From Patescibacteria group bacterium (GTDB lineage: Bacteria > Patescibacteriota > Patescibacteriia > JACRDY01), in contig JBAZFH010000004.1 of assembly GCA_041653535.1 (NCBI GenBank), positions 73,271-121,573 on the forward strand: a stretch of DNA of 48,303 nt, given 5' to 3'. Numbering within the stretch: position 1 is the stretch's first letter; each line of letters opens with the position of its first letter. Position numbers and translations under genes: made by a program. Shown in pieces: positions 35,989 to 45,273 of this stretch. Below the pieces are notes generated by a model. It ran no database searches. It saw only the letters and a list, made by a program, of their open reading frames with translations, and had not been told where the DNA came from.

Positions 35989-38079
35989 TTAAGCGCGCTT
36001 AGCACCGGTTCTTTTTGATATAATTTCCTCGGCAACATTGGATGGAACCGGAGAGTAATGATCAAATTCCATACTATAACTAGCTCTACCCTGAGTCATT
36101 GAACGAAGCTGAGTAGCATAACCAAACATTGAGGCAAGCGGTACTTGAGCGTCAATAACTTTCATGCCGGTACGATCACGCATTTCCTGAATTTGACCGC
36201 GTTTGGCGTTTAAATCACCGACTACTTCACCCATATAGTCTTCCGGCGTTACTACTTCGACTTTCATCAAAGGTTCAAGTATCACCGGACCGCCTTTACG
36301 ACAAGCTTCTTGCAATGCCAACGATGCAGCGACTTTAAATGCAGCTTCAGATGAATCGACTTCGTGATAAGAACCGTCAAATACGGTTGCTTTAATATCC
36401 ACAATCGGGTAACCGGCTACGATACCGCGTGGCAATGCCTCCCTGACACCCTTTTGAATCGCCGGAATATATTCGCGCGGAACAACTCCGCCTTTAATTT
36501 CGTCGACAAATTCAAAACCCTTACCTGGTTCCTGCGGCTCAATACGCAACCAGCAGTGACCGTATTGACCACGACCACCTGATTGACGAATATATTTACC
36601 TTCCGCTTCGGCTTTTTTCTGAATAGTTTCACGATAAGCCACTTGCGGCGAACCAACATTACATTCAACTTTAAACTCGCGTTTCATGCGATCAACAATA
36701 ATATCAAGATGCAACTCGCCCATACCGGCGATAATAGTCTGCAAAGTTTCTTCGTCGGTGTGAACTTGAAAAGTCGGATCTTCTTCAGCCAATTTTTGCA
36801 AAGCAATACCCATTTTTTCCTGATCAGCCTTAGTCTTTGGTTCGACTGCCACGTGAATAACCGGTTCAGGGAAACTAATAGATTCTAAAACTATAGGATG
36901 ATTTTCATCGCACAAAGTGTGCCCGGTAAAAGTAGCTTTGAGACCCACCGCGGCGGCGATTTCCCCGGAATATACTTCCTCCACTTCCTCGCGATGATTA
37001 GCGTGCATACGTAAAATACGGCCGATTCTTTCGCGTTCACCGTTAGTAGCATTATAAACATAAGAACCGGATTTGAGCATACCTGAATAAACACGGAAAA
37101 AACAAAGCTTACCGACAAAAGGATCGACAGCGATTTTGAAAGCCAAAGCGGCGAAGGGTTCGCTATCATCGGATTTACGGATCATTTTTTCGTCTTCATT
37201 ACCAATAGCATGACCTTCAACTGGAGGAATATCGAGCGGAGACGGTAAATAATCAACAACAGCATCAAGTACAAACTGGACACCTTTATTTTTAAGAGCC
37301 GAACCAACAACTACGGGAACGATCTTGTTTTCGATAACAGCCTTACGCAAAACCGGCTTTAGTTCTTCGTTGGTTACCGTCTCGCCGTTTAAATATTTAT
37401 TCATTAAAGCTTCGTCGTTTTCACAAATAGCCTCCACTAACTGCGCCCGGTATTTTTCCGCTTTTTCCTTCAACTCACCCTCCAAATCAGTTTCTTCCCA
37501 CTTGGTACCAAGATCATCGGTATAACGAATCGCTTTCATTTTAAACAAATCGACAATACCTTCAAACTTATCTTCAGCACCAATAGGCAGTTGAATCGGA
37601 TGGGCGTTTTTGGTCAAACGATTGTGAATAGAATCCAAATCTTTATAAAAATCAGCGCCGGTACGATCCATTTTGTTAATAAAAGCCAGTCGCGGTACTT
37701 GATATTTATCGGCCTGGTGCCAGACGGTTTCTGATTGCGGTTCAACACCAGCAACACCATCAAAAACAACCACACCGCCGTCAAGGACGCGCAAACTGCG
37801 TTCTACTTCAGCGGTAAAATCTACGTGGCCTGGAGTGTCGATTAGATTGAGACGACAGTCTTTCCAAAAACAAGTAGTGGCGGCAGAAGTAATAGTTATA
37901 CCGCGCTCCTGCTCTTGTTCCATCCAGTCCATAGTAGCAGCACCTTCATGAACTTCACCGATTTTATGCTTTTTACCAGTATAAAATAAAATACGCTCAG
38001 ATACTGTGGTTTTACCCGCATCAATATGAGCGATGATTCCGATATTACGTGTTTTTTCCAGACTATACTCTCTAGACAT
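35989..38079 (-). CDS. fusA: elongation factor G
   Basis: [17 protein letters not shown] and full-length EF-G similarity. Confidence 0.97.
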   Translation of the reverse strand: MSREYSLEKTRNIGIIAHIDAGKTTVSERILFYTGKKHKIGEVHEGAATMDWMEQEQERGITITSAATTCFWKDCRLNLIDTPGHVDFTAEVERSLRVLDGGVVVFDGVAGVEPQSETVWHQADKYQVPRLAFINKMDRTGADFYKDLDSIHNRLTKNAHPIQLPIGAEDKFEGIVDLFKMKAIRYTDDLGTKWEETDLEGELKEKAEKYRAQLVEAICENDEALMNKYLNGETVTNEELKPVLRKAVIENKIVPVVVGSALKNKGVQFVLDAVVDYLPSPLDIPPVEGHAIGNEDEKMIRKSDDSEPFAALAFKIAVDPFVGKLCFFRVYSGMLKSGSYVYNATNGERERIGRILRMHANHREEVEEVYSGEIAAAVGLKATFTGHTLCDENHPIVLESISFPEPVIHVAVEPKTKADQEKMGIALQKLAEEDPTFQVHTDEETLQTIIAGMGELHLDIIVDRMKREFKVECNVGSPQVAYRETIQKKAEAEGKYIRQSGGRGQYGHCWLRIEPQEPGKGFEFVDEIKGGVVPREYIPAIQKGVREALPRGIVAGYPIVDIKATVFDGSYHEVDSSEAAFKVAASLALQEACRKGGPVILEPLMKVEVVTPEDYMGEVVGDLNAKRGQIQEMRDRTGMKVIDAQVPLASMFGYATQLRSMTQGRASYSMEFDHYSPVPSNVAEEIISKRTGAKRA

Positions 38080-38099
38080 AGATAAATGTAGTAAAATGA

Positions 38100-38567
38100 T
38101 TATTTAGCAAAATGAGCAAAAGCTTTATTTGCTTCAGCCATACGATGAGCATCTTCGCGTTTTTTGATTGCCGCGCCCTCCTTATTGTAAGCATCAATAA
38201 ATTCTGCCGCCAGGCACTTGCTCATCGGCATGCCTTTACGAGCCTTAGCAGCAGTAATCAACCAACGAAAAGCTAAAACATTACGACGATCGCCGCGAAC
38301 TGGATAAGGGATCTGATAATTAGCGCCGCCGACACGTCGAGAACGTATTTCCAAAAGCGGAGCAACGTTTTTAATAGCTCCATCAAAAACTTCTATGGGG
38401 TTTTTCTTTGTTTTTTCGGCGATAATATCAAAAGCCTTATAAATAATATTTTGAGCAGTGGTTTTTTTACCGCGCTCCATAATATAGTTAGTAAATTTGG
38501 CAATAACGACATTGTTGTATTTGCTGTCTGGATAGATTTTTCTCTTTGGTGCTTGTTTACCACGCAT
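38100..38567 (-). CDS. rpsG: 30S ribosomal protein S7
   Basis: Typical S7 sequence, located between rpsL and fusA. Confidence 0.95.
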   Translation of the reverse strand: MRGKQAPKRKIYPDSKYNNVVIAKFTNYIMERGKKTTAQNIIYKAFDIIAEKTKKNPIEVFDGAIKNVAPLLEIRSRRVGGANYQIPYPVRGDRRNVLAFRWLITAAKARKGMPMSKCLAAEFIDAYNKEGAAIKKREDAHRMAEANKAFAHFAK

Positions 38568-38584
38568 AATATAAAAGATTAAAA

Positions 38585-39013
38585 TTAAGAAGCTGCTTTT
38601 TTATCCCTCTTGGCGCCATAGCGAGAGCGACCGCGTTTGCGACCGGAAACGCCTTGAGTATCATAAACACCGCGAATTACTTTGTAACGAACTCCTGGCA
38701 AATCAGAGGTTCTGCCGGCTTTAACCAGCACGATGCTGTGTTCCTGTAAATTGTGACCTTCACCAGGAATATAAGCGGTAACTTCCATACCGTTAGACAA
38801 ACGAACACGAGCGACTTTTCGTAACGCTGAGTTTGGTTTTTTCGGAGTTCTGGTAAACACTTTTAAACAGACGCCGCGCTTAGCAGGACTACCATTTGGC
38901 AATATGGTTCTTTTACGATGCAAAGTGTCTAACGTAGATTGCATTGCAGCGTATTTAGCTTTTTTCGGCTGAGCTTGTCGGCCGTGACGGATTAGTTGAC
39001 TGATAGTTGGCAT
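38585..39013 (-). CDS. rpsL: 30S ribosomal protein S12
   Basis: [12 protein letters not shown] ... [16 protein letters not shown]. Confidence 0.95.
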   Translation of the reverse strand: MPTISQLIRHGRQAQPKKAKYAAMQSTLDTLHRKRTILPNGSPAKRGVCLKVFTRTPKKPNSALRKVARVRLSNGMEVTAYIPGEGHNLQEHSIVLVKAGRTSDLPGVRYKVIRGVYDTQGVSGRKRGRSRYGAKRDKKAAS

Positions 39014-39147
39014 AATTTAGCTGATATCCAAAGCAACTAGTTACTGCAACCCAAAAAGAAAAACTAGTAGCTTATAATTATTTAAAAAAATACCTTAATT
39101 AAAAGGTAACAATAGAATAGCATTAAGACTTTCGGTAGTCAAGGGAT

Positions 39148-39164
39148 TTATCACCTGGTGATAA
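39148..39164. promoter_or_regulatory. 17-bp perfect palindrome TTATCACC-T-GGTGATAA upstream of the rpsL operon
   Basis: Read directly. Lies 5 nt upstream of a candidate -35 TTGACT (39142..39137, minus strand). Same ATCACCnGGTGAT core as 3197..3209. Confidence 0.3.
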
Positions 39165-39249
39165 TTTTTCTTAAAACCCCAGTATTTTGTAGTTTTACCT
39201 TATTTCCGTCCTCAACTTTATTATCTAATTTTAGACAAATTAATCAAAT

Positions 39250-39480
39250 CTAGACCAATTCCTGTACTCTCCCCACCAGACCATTGGTTAGCCGGACTTT
39301 TATACCCCGCGGATGATGCCTGCCCGGACTCAAAATATCTTTGACAATACCAAACGTCAGTTGACCTGTCGGCTGGTCGGTCTTGAGGACAATCAGCACC
39401 TTGGTCCCGGGGTGTATTTTACTACGGTCTTCGACAGATATGTCCTTTAGAACAACCAATAAACCAGATTCCAGACCCAT
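39250..39480 (-). CDS. YwbE-like small conserved protein
   Basis: VLIVLKTDQPTGQLTFGIVKDILSPGRHHPRGIKVRLTNGLVGRVQELV matches the YwbE family pattern. The start overlaps the upstream gene by 34 nt, so the exact start is uncertain. Confidence 0.6.
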   Translation of the reverse strand: MGLESGLLVVLKDISVEDRSKIHPGTKVLIVLKTDQPTGQLTFGIVKDILSPGRHHPRGIKVRLTNGLVGRVQELV

Positions 39481-40082
39481 TGAAATAAACTGCCAAAAAT
39501 CGAATACCCTGGCAAAAAACTGTCCAATATCACTAAACCGAGCAAAACAAATGGTCCGTTTTTCTCAAAACGATATTTAAACTCGTTGAACCGATCAGGC
39601 AGCGCGGCAAATAAAACTTTAGATCCGTCGAGCGGCGGAATCGGGATAAGGTTGAAAACAAGCAAAACCATATTTACCAAAGAAAGAAACATCAAAAATT
39701 GCAGCAAAAGATTATCCGGAGAAAGATTGGTATAAATCCGTAAAAACTTAAAAGCTAAACCAAAAACAACCAAACTGGCAATATTGGAAAATGGTCCGGC
39801 TAGAGAAATAATAGTCGTCCCCCACTTTTTATTGCGCAAATTATACGGATTATACGGTGCTGGATTACCCCAACCGAAACCGACGAGCAGTAACATAAAA
39901 AAGCCGAGCCAATCAATATGTGCCAGCGGATTTAAAGTAAGCCGACCCATATCCTTGCCAGTACTGTCACCCAAGCCGTAAGCGGCTAAAACGTGAGAAA
40001 ATTCATGAATAGTAATCGCGTAAACCACCGCCATTACCCAAAGCAAAAAAGAAATCGGATCGGAGAACAATAAATTTAGCAT
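39447..40082 (-). CDS. M50 (site-2 protease) family membrane metalloprotease
   Basis: HEFSHVLAA (HExxH) within a TM helix. Multi-pass protein. Confidence 0.75.
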   Translation of the reverse strand: MLNLLFSDPISFLLWVMAVVYAITIHEFSHVLAAYGLGDSTGKDMGRLTLNPLAHIDWLGFFMLLLVGFGWGNPAPYNPYNLRNKKWGTTIISLAGPFSNIASLVVFGLAFKFLRIYTNLSPDNLLLQFLMFLSLVNMVLLVFNLIPIPPLDGSKVLFAALPDRFNEFKYRFEKNGPFVLLGLVILDSFLPGYSIFGSLFQWVWNLVYWLF

Positions 40083-40193
40083 GGGAGTTGATTTATTTTT
40101 TATTTTCTGTTATCCTAATTTTACCTTAATAAATAATTCGAAGCAAGTAACTAGTGGCTAGCAATTAGTAACTAGCGGCCAGAAAAATTCTAG

Positions 40194-40235
40194 CCCCCAG
40201 CTACCAGCTACCAGCTACTATCTACCAGCTACTAT
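40194..40235 (+). repeat. six tandem 7-nt units (CCCCCAG, CTACCAG, CTACCAG, CTACTAT, CTACCAG, CTACTAT) ending 4 nt before the rpmB ATG
   Basis: Read directly. Preceded at 40148..40182 by a purine-richer arm (GTAACTAGTGGCTAGC...ACTAGCGGCCAG) and an A-rich loop. Confidence 0.7.
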
Positions 40236-40239
40236 CCAT

Positions 40240-40431
40240 ATGGCACGAAGATGCGAAATTTGCGGCAAGGGCCCTAAAAAAGCCGCGAGCCGTTCCCACA
40301 GTAAAATCAAAACTTTGCGTAAACAATACCCCAATCTGCAAATCAAAACCGTTGACGGTAAAAGAAAAAAAATTTGCACCACTTGTCTCAAAACCATCAA
40401 CCGTAAAGGTGCTGTGAAAAAAAAGAAATAA
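40240..40431 (+). CDS. rpmB: 50S ribosomal protein L28
   Basis: MARRCEICGKGPKKAASRSHS pattern. Confidence 0.9.
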   Translation: MARRCEICGKGPKKAASRSHSKIKTLRKQYPNLQIKTVDGKRKKICTTCLKTINRKGAVKKKK

Positions 40432-40445
40432 TAATTTTTCCAAAA

Positions 40446-40475
40446 AACACCTCCAAATATCCGGGGGTGTTTTTA
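40446..40475. terminator. terminator between rpmB and tgt (convergent)
   Basis: AACACCTCC / GGGGGTGTT stem (one G-U pair) followed by a T-run. An A-run on the other side allows bidirectional use. Confidence 0.65.
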
Positions 40476-40490
40476 GTTATCAAAAACCGT

Positions 40491-41621
40491 TTAAATCTTA
40501 CCGGTCTTTATCTGCTCTTGAATCTTTTTCATCAAATCAAGATAAAATTCCAGATTATTAAGCGTAGCCAGACGCAGAGCCAAAACTTCATTAGTTTTAA
40601 ATAAATGGTGCAAATAAGCCCTAGAATATTCGCGCAACGCAGGGATTTTTGAGTTTTTATTTATTGACCTGAAGTCATTTTTAAACTTAGTATTTTCAAT
40701 ATTTATTGTTTCATAAAACTTGCCGGACAAATTGTTATTTTTCCAAACAAATAACCGACCATGCCGACCTTCGCGAGTTGGTATCACGCAGTCAAACATA
40801 TCTATGCCGGACTTGACCGCCGCTACTATTTCCTCCGGTCGACCTAACCCCATAAGATAACGAGGCTTGTCTAGCGGTAATATCGGAACAGTCCAGCTTA
40901 AAATATCTTTCATCTTTTCTCGCGGTTCACCCACTGCCACCCCGCCAATAGCATAACCGTCAAAATCAAGCGCCTCCAGTTGCTTGGCGCTTTTAATTCG
41001 CAAATCTTTATAAACCGACCCCTGAACTATCCCGAACAACCCCTGCGTTTCTTTATTTTTTCCTTTTAACTTTTTACTTTTTACTTTACTATCAAAATAT
41101 TTTTTACAACGCGTTGCCCACCGAGTAGTCAACTCCAATGATTTCTCGGCATATTTTTTTTCGCACGGATAAGGTGGACATTCATCAAGCACCATTAATA
41201 AATCAACGCCAAGATCGAGCTGAATCTCAACTGCCTTTTCCGGTGTCAGCAAATGTTTTGCGCCACCATCTTCATCAACGCGAAAAATCGCTCCTTGTTC
41301 TGTGATTTTACGAAAATCGGATAATGAAAAAACTTGATAGCCACCACTGTCGGTGAGTATTGGTCCCGACCAATTCATAAACTGATGTAGTCCACCGGCG
41401 TGTTTAATCAACTTATGTCCCGGCTGAATATACAGATGATAAGTGTTAGACAAAATAACATCTGGCGCCAATTCCCTGATCTCTTTGGCTTCCAAGGTTT
41501 TAATTGCCGCCTTGGTCGCAATCGGCATAAAAAATGGCGTTTGTATTTTACCATGCGGTGTGATTATCTCTCCTCGACGGGCTTTAGATTTTTTGCTTGT
41601 TTTAATTAAGGTAAATTTCAT
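40491..41621 (-). CDS. tgt: queuine tRNA-ribosyltransferase
   Basis: Full-length Tgt pattern (TPFFMP, DSGGYQ, GLGRPEE). Confidence 0.95.
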   Translation of the reverse strand: MKFTLIKTSKKSKARRGEIITPHGKIQTPFFMPIATKAAIKTLEAKEIRELAPDVILSNTYHLYIQPGHKLIKHAGGLHQFMNWSGPILTDSGGYQVFSLSDFRKITEQGAIFRVDEDGGAKHLLTPEKAVEIQLDLGVDLLMVLDECPPYPCEKKYAEKSLELTTRWATRCKKYFDSKVKSKKLKGKNKETQGLFGIVQGSVYKDLRIKSAKQLEALDFDGYAIGGVAVGEPREKMKDILSWTVPILPLDKPRYLMGLGRPEEIVAAVKSGIDMFDCVIPTREGRHGRLFVWKNNNLSGKFYETINIENTKFKNDFRSINKNSKIPALREYSRAYLHHLFKTNEVLALRLATLNNLEFYLDLMKKIQEQIKTGKI

Positions 41622-41681
41622 AGGTTAAAATATGATACGATTATGCACTATTTATACTACAGTCCACCGTTTTAATCAAAC

Positions 41682-41712
41682 AAAAAAGCCTTGACCGTAA
41701 AGCCAGGGCTTC
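41682..41712 (-). terminator. rho-independent terminator of the 41724..42521 gene
   Basis: Minus strand: AAGCCCTGG / TCAAGGCTT stem (with wobble) followed by T6. Confidence 0.5.
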
Positions 41713-41723
41713 GTGAATAATAG

Positions 41724-42521
41724 CTACAACAATTTTCTGGCAGACGCCAGCCCCAGGTCCTTATCATGACCAAGGTCAAAATAGTTGTTGATGAACAACT
41801 TATGATCAAACGTCAAACCAACGCTAACATGAGCATCTTCTGCACCGTTATTAAAAACACTGTTGGTTCGAACATAAAACCTCTGGTCGAAATGAGTGCT
41901 GGTAATAGCCCAGACCATCTCGGCTATGTTGGGAACATAATCTCCCTCGAGAAGACAGCCAGATTGCCCGCACCAATCCCCGCCCATGGAACCGGGAACA
42001 GCTTCTTTGCGCAAAGCTATCCAACGCGCCGCCGGTACTTTGTCATTACGAAAAAAATAATATTTTTCGTACCAACCGGCTATTTTATTATTATTAAAAT
42101 AGCCGGGTCTCAGCGCTTTGATATCTGCCAACCCCATAGGATAGCTGGGACCAGGAATAAGCACGTAATTATCGTCCCACAGTGAACGAAGCACGTCGGC
42201 TTTCGGCAACGTATTCTGAAGCCGCAACAGCTGCTCGTTGCTGTAAGTGATGTCGGCTATTTCTTGCGGAGCAACAAAATCACCCCGCAAAATAAAACGC
42301 GCTAAATCATATGGTGTCATGGCAAATTCCCGCGCTTTATTTAGCACCGTTTCCGCGACCGCTGCCTTAAGCTCATCACCATGTCCGAGTATTTGTTGCA
42401 GCTGGACTTCACTCGGATTCAATACAATCAATACCAATTCGGCAGCGTGCTTAGCGATTCCTCGTAACAACTCCTGAATATTTTGTTGTTTTTGACTGCT
42501 TATAGCCAAATTTTCGTTCAT
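41724..42521 (-). CDS. orphan 265-aa hypothetical protein
   Basis: Long ORF with its own terminator. No motif recognised. Confidence 0.7.
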   Translation of the reverse strand: MNENLAISSQKQQNIQELLRGIAKHAAELVLIVLNPSEVQLQQILGHGDELKAAVAETVLNKAREFAMTPYDLARFILRGDFVAPQEIADITYSNEQLLRLQNTLPKADVLRSLWDDNYVLIPGPSYPMGLADIKALRPGYFNNNKIAGWYEKYYFFRNDKVPAARWIALRKEAVPGSMGGDWCGQSGCLLEGDYVPNIAEMVWAITSTHFDQRFYVRTNSVFNNGAEDAHVSVGLTFDHKLFINNYFDLGHDKDLGLASARKLL

Positions 42522-42768
42522 GGTTTTATTCCGCCTTTTTGTTTTTTTGTCATTTCGAAAATACGCCTTTTACTCATCTCCTCACCCCCCCTTCCCTTGC
42601 AAAAACTATTTTGCGGTTATGTTTTTTTCGACACAATTACGATAAAATACCTTATTTTATGATTCAAAGAACTAATAATAAATTTTAACATAAACTATTA
42701 TTTTGTAAAGGGGTTAAAAATATTGCCAAACAAAAAAAGAGCTTTAACACGCTCCCATATTTTATCTC

Positions 42769-43110
42769 TTATTTTGCCATCGCCACATCGTTACCTGGCA
42801 TTTGTAGATACGCAACATCGGTTGTCGGCACCATGCCCATGGTTTCAATTTTTTTAGTTAAACCATTAATGGATTGCAATTCCTGCACTTGCAAACTCAA
42901 ACTGCGATTGCTTGATTTGGCATCTTCCAGTTTTATTTCAAGATCGCGTAAAATATAACCTTTGACCGCCGAAGAGTTGACTTGTGTCAGGTATAAAAAA
43001 CCACCCAATACTATTAGGCAGATAAAAAAGATATTAAAAACCTTGATGTTTAAGGAAAAATTTCTTCTTTCTTTTTGTTTTGTATTTTTGTTTTGTATTC
43101 TCGATGTCAT
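42769..43110 (-). CDS. FtsL-like cell division protein (single TM plus coiled coil)
   Basis: Located directly after rsmH. Basic N-terminus, one TM helix and a periplasmic coiled coil. ATG at 43110 (the ORF-track start is GTG). Confidence 0.5.
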   Translation of the reverse strand: MTSRIQNKNTKQKERRNFSLNIKVFNIFFICLIVLGGFLYLTQVNSSAVKGYILRDLEIKLEDAKSSNRSLSLQVQELQSINGLTKKIETMGMVPTTDVAYLQMPGNDVAMAK

Positions 43111-43173
43111 ATTTAGGCCCAATTTTATGCGAACTTTCACCCACGGCGGTAAAAAATTCGCATAAAATCAAGT

Positions 43174-44103
43174 CTATATTTTTTCCGCCACGCGCAATTT
43201 GGCGGATCGCGATCTGGGATTAAAACCTACTTCATCGTTTTTTGCTACAATCGGTTTTTTGGTGAGAATCTTTATTTTTGCACGATGATCGCAACGACAA
43301 ACTGGAAAATCAGCTGGACAAAGACAGTCTTTACTTTCTTGACGAAAATAATCTTTTACTATTCTATCCTCCAACGAATGAAAACTAACTACGGCGATGC
43401 GACCACCGGACTCCAATAAATCGATTGCTGCCGGCAACACCTGCTGTAGATTCTCCAATTCTTGATTGACAAAGATCCTTAAAGCCTGAAAAATTTTTGT
43501 TGCTGGATTAATTTCACTTGGTTTTCGGTAAAACCGACGATAGACTGTAGAGATTATTTCTGCCAACTGTTTAGGATTTTTGATTTTGGCTTTTTGCCGT
43601 ATCTCGTGAATTATCTCGGAGATTGGTCCGGCTAGCCTCTCTTCTCCTAATTGCGAAAAAATATTTTTTAATCTTTCTACAGGATATTGATTAATTATCT
43701 CAAACACAGTTAATGAACCTTCACTCTCATCAAATCTCATGTCCAGAAATCCTTGATCTTCGAAAGAAAATCCCCTACCCCTGTCCGCGAGTTGATTAGA
43801 TGATAAACCCAGATCCAAGACCACACCATTGATTTTATCAATTCCCCTTTCATGGCAAATATTAGTTATATTTTTGAAATTATCATGAACCAAAATAATA
43901 TTGTCATTTTTTCCGGCAAAACCATCTATCGCTCTTTGATCTAGATCAATAGCCACTACTTTTCCACCGGGCAAAACCTTTTCGGCAATTTTTACCGTAT
44001 AACCGCCGCCGCCCAAAGTACAGTCAATAAATATCTGCCCCGGTTGAGGGTCGAGATATTCAATCACCTCCTTTAAAAGAACCGGGACATGAATATTGGA
44101 CAT
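43174..44103 (-). CDS. rsmH: 16S rRNA (cytosine1402-N4)-methyltransferase
   Basis: HVPVLLKEV...DCTLGGGGY. ATG at 44103 (the ORF-track start is TTG). Confidence 0.9.
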   Translation of the reverse strand: MSNIHVPVLLKEVIEYLDPQPGQIFIDCTLGGGGYTVKIAEKVLPGGKVVAIDLDQRAIDGFAGKNDNIILVHDNFKNITNICHERGIDKINGVVLDLGLSSNQLADRGRGFSFEDQGFLDMRFDESEGSLTVFEIINQYPVERLKNIFSQLGEERLAGPISEIIHEIRQKAKIKNPKQLAEIISTVYRRFYRKPSEINPATKIFQALRIFVNQELENLQQVLPAAIDLLESGGRIAVVSFHSLEDRIVKDYFRQESKDCLCPADFPVCRCDHRAKIKILTKKPIVAKNDEVGFNPRSRSAKLRVAEKI

Positions 44104-44156
44104 ACGAATTAAATTCAACCAATTTCTTAATTTCCAAATTTCTAATTTCTGTTTTT

Positions 44157-44585
44157 TTAGACTCCCAATTCTCCTAATTTCTCGGCGATATTGCCACTTT
44201 CTTTTTCCACTCCAGAACGATATTTAGCCCAAAGCTGTTCATCCCAAAGCTCAACACGATTATAAAGACCGGCAACAATTACCTTTTTATCCAATCCGGC
44301 AAACTTACGCAAATATTCTGGAAGAACTATTCTGCCCTGACCGTCTACCAAAACATCCATTGCGCCGGCAAGCATCAGGCGTGAAAAAGCTCGGCTATTG
44401 GCCTGTGATATTGGCATGGCGGAAAGCTTATCAGCAAGTTTATCCCATTCTTTAGCTGGGTAAATAACCAAACAACCGTCCAGCCCCTTAGTAACCACTG
44501 CTTTAGCCAAGTCCTTGCGAAACTTAACAGGAATAGCCAGCCTGCCTTTTTCATCAATATTGTGAGCATACTCACCAATAAACAT
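44157..44585 (-). CDS. mraZ: transcriptional regulator MraZ
   Basis: MFIGEYAHNIDEKGRLAIPVKFR and a duplicated SpoVT/AbrB-like half. Confidence 0.9.
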   Translation of the reverse strand: MFIGEYAHNIDEKGRLAIPVKFRKDLAKAVVTKGLDGCLVIYPAKEWDKLADKLSAMPISQANSRAFSRLMLAGAMDVLVDGQGRIVLPEYLRKFAGLDKKVIVAGLYNRVELWDEQLWAKYRSGVEKESGNIAEKLGELGV

Positions 44586-44619
44586 AATATTTTAGTTATC
44601 CTCTGTTTTATTTATATAT

Positions 44620-44667
44620 CCCCACCTTTATCCACAATTCACCACTTATTTCCATTATACACCACTT
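44620..44667 (-). promoter_or_regulatory. array of five 10-bp phased GTGG-type boxes (candidate MraZ operator)
   Basis: Plus-strand CCAC/CCAT at 44622, 44632, 44642, 44652 and 44662. Minus strand: AAGTGGTG, TAATGGAA, AAGTGGTG, TTGTGGAT, AGGTGGGG. Confidence 0.55.
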
Positions 44668-44682
44668 ATAATATTTTTTCAA
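44654..44682 (-). promoter_or_regulatory. mraZ operon promoter
   Basis: Minus strand: TTGAAA (44682..44677), 17-nt spacer, TGt-TATAAT (44659..44654). Overlaps the GTGG array. Confidence 0.6.
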
Positions 44683-44757
44683 CCACTAAGATTTATCCAC
44701 AAGTTATAACTATTAAAAATTAACGACCGTGACCACTAAAAAATAGGTTAATTAAAC

Positions 44758-44788
44758 AAAAAAACCGCTTCCTGGCAAAGAAACAGCT
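44758..44788 (-). terminator. candidate terminator after the 44843..45229 gene
   Basis: Minus strand: CUGUUUC / GAAGCGG stem (two G-U pairs) followed by U7. Confidence 0.4.
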
Positions 44789-44842
44789 TTATATATAAAC
44801 AATATTCGCTCTTACTACACACGCGATATTACAACCATTTAA

Positions 44843-45229
44843 TTATTGTCCCCTGGAAAGCATTTTGTAAATATTATTATTTTTTATCATTTCAGGAATT
44901 TCCATATCGGTATTTCTTCCGTATAGCATAAAAGAAAGAATTTCTTGGATAGTAGGAGCTGTCGCTTGCTGCTCAAAATTTGGTATCACGTTTAAATCTG
45001 TAATGCGGTATACTGCTCCTTTATATTCTGCTAAATAGTATTCTCCTTCTGGTACGTTGTCGGAATGGCGTAATCCTTGCCCAATAATCCATTTTGAGCT
45101 TTCCAACAAAATACCCCTGTCAATAGCTTCTCGCACCAAAGTATCGACGTTCTTATCACTAACTTTCAAATACACGTGACCCAGACTTACCATTTCCATT
45201 GCCTGCTGTAACGGTAATTCTCTTTTCAT
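44843..45229 (-). CDS. hypothetical 128-aa protein
   Basis: ORF with an ATG start. No recognisable motif. Confidence 0.65.
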   Translation of the reverse strand: MKRELPLQQAMEMVSLGHVYLKVSDKNVDTLVREAIDRGILLESSKWIIGQGLRHSDNVPEGEYYLAEYKGAVYRITDLNVIPNFEQQATAPTIQEILSFMLYGRNTDMEIPEMIKNNNIYKMLSRGQ

Positions 45230-45273
45230 ACTTTTTTTAAATTAAAGACATAATAACCAACAATTGACGACTG

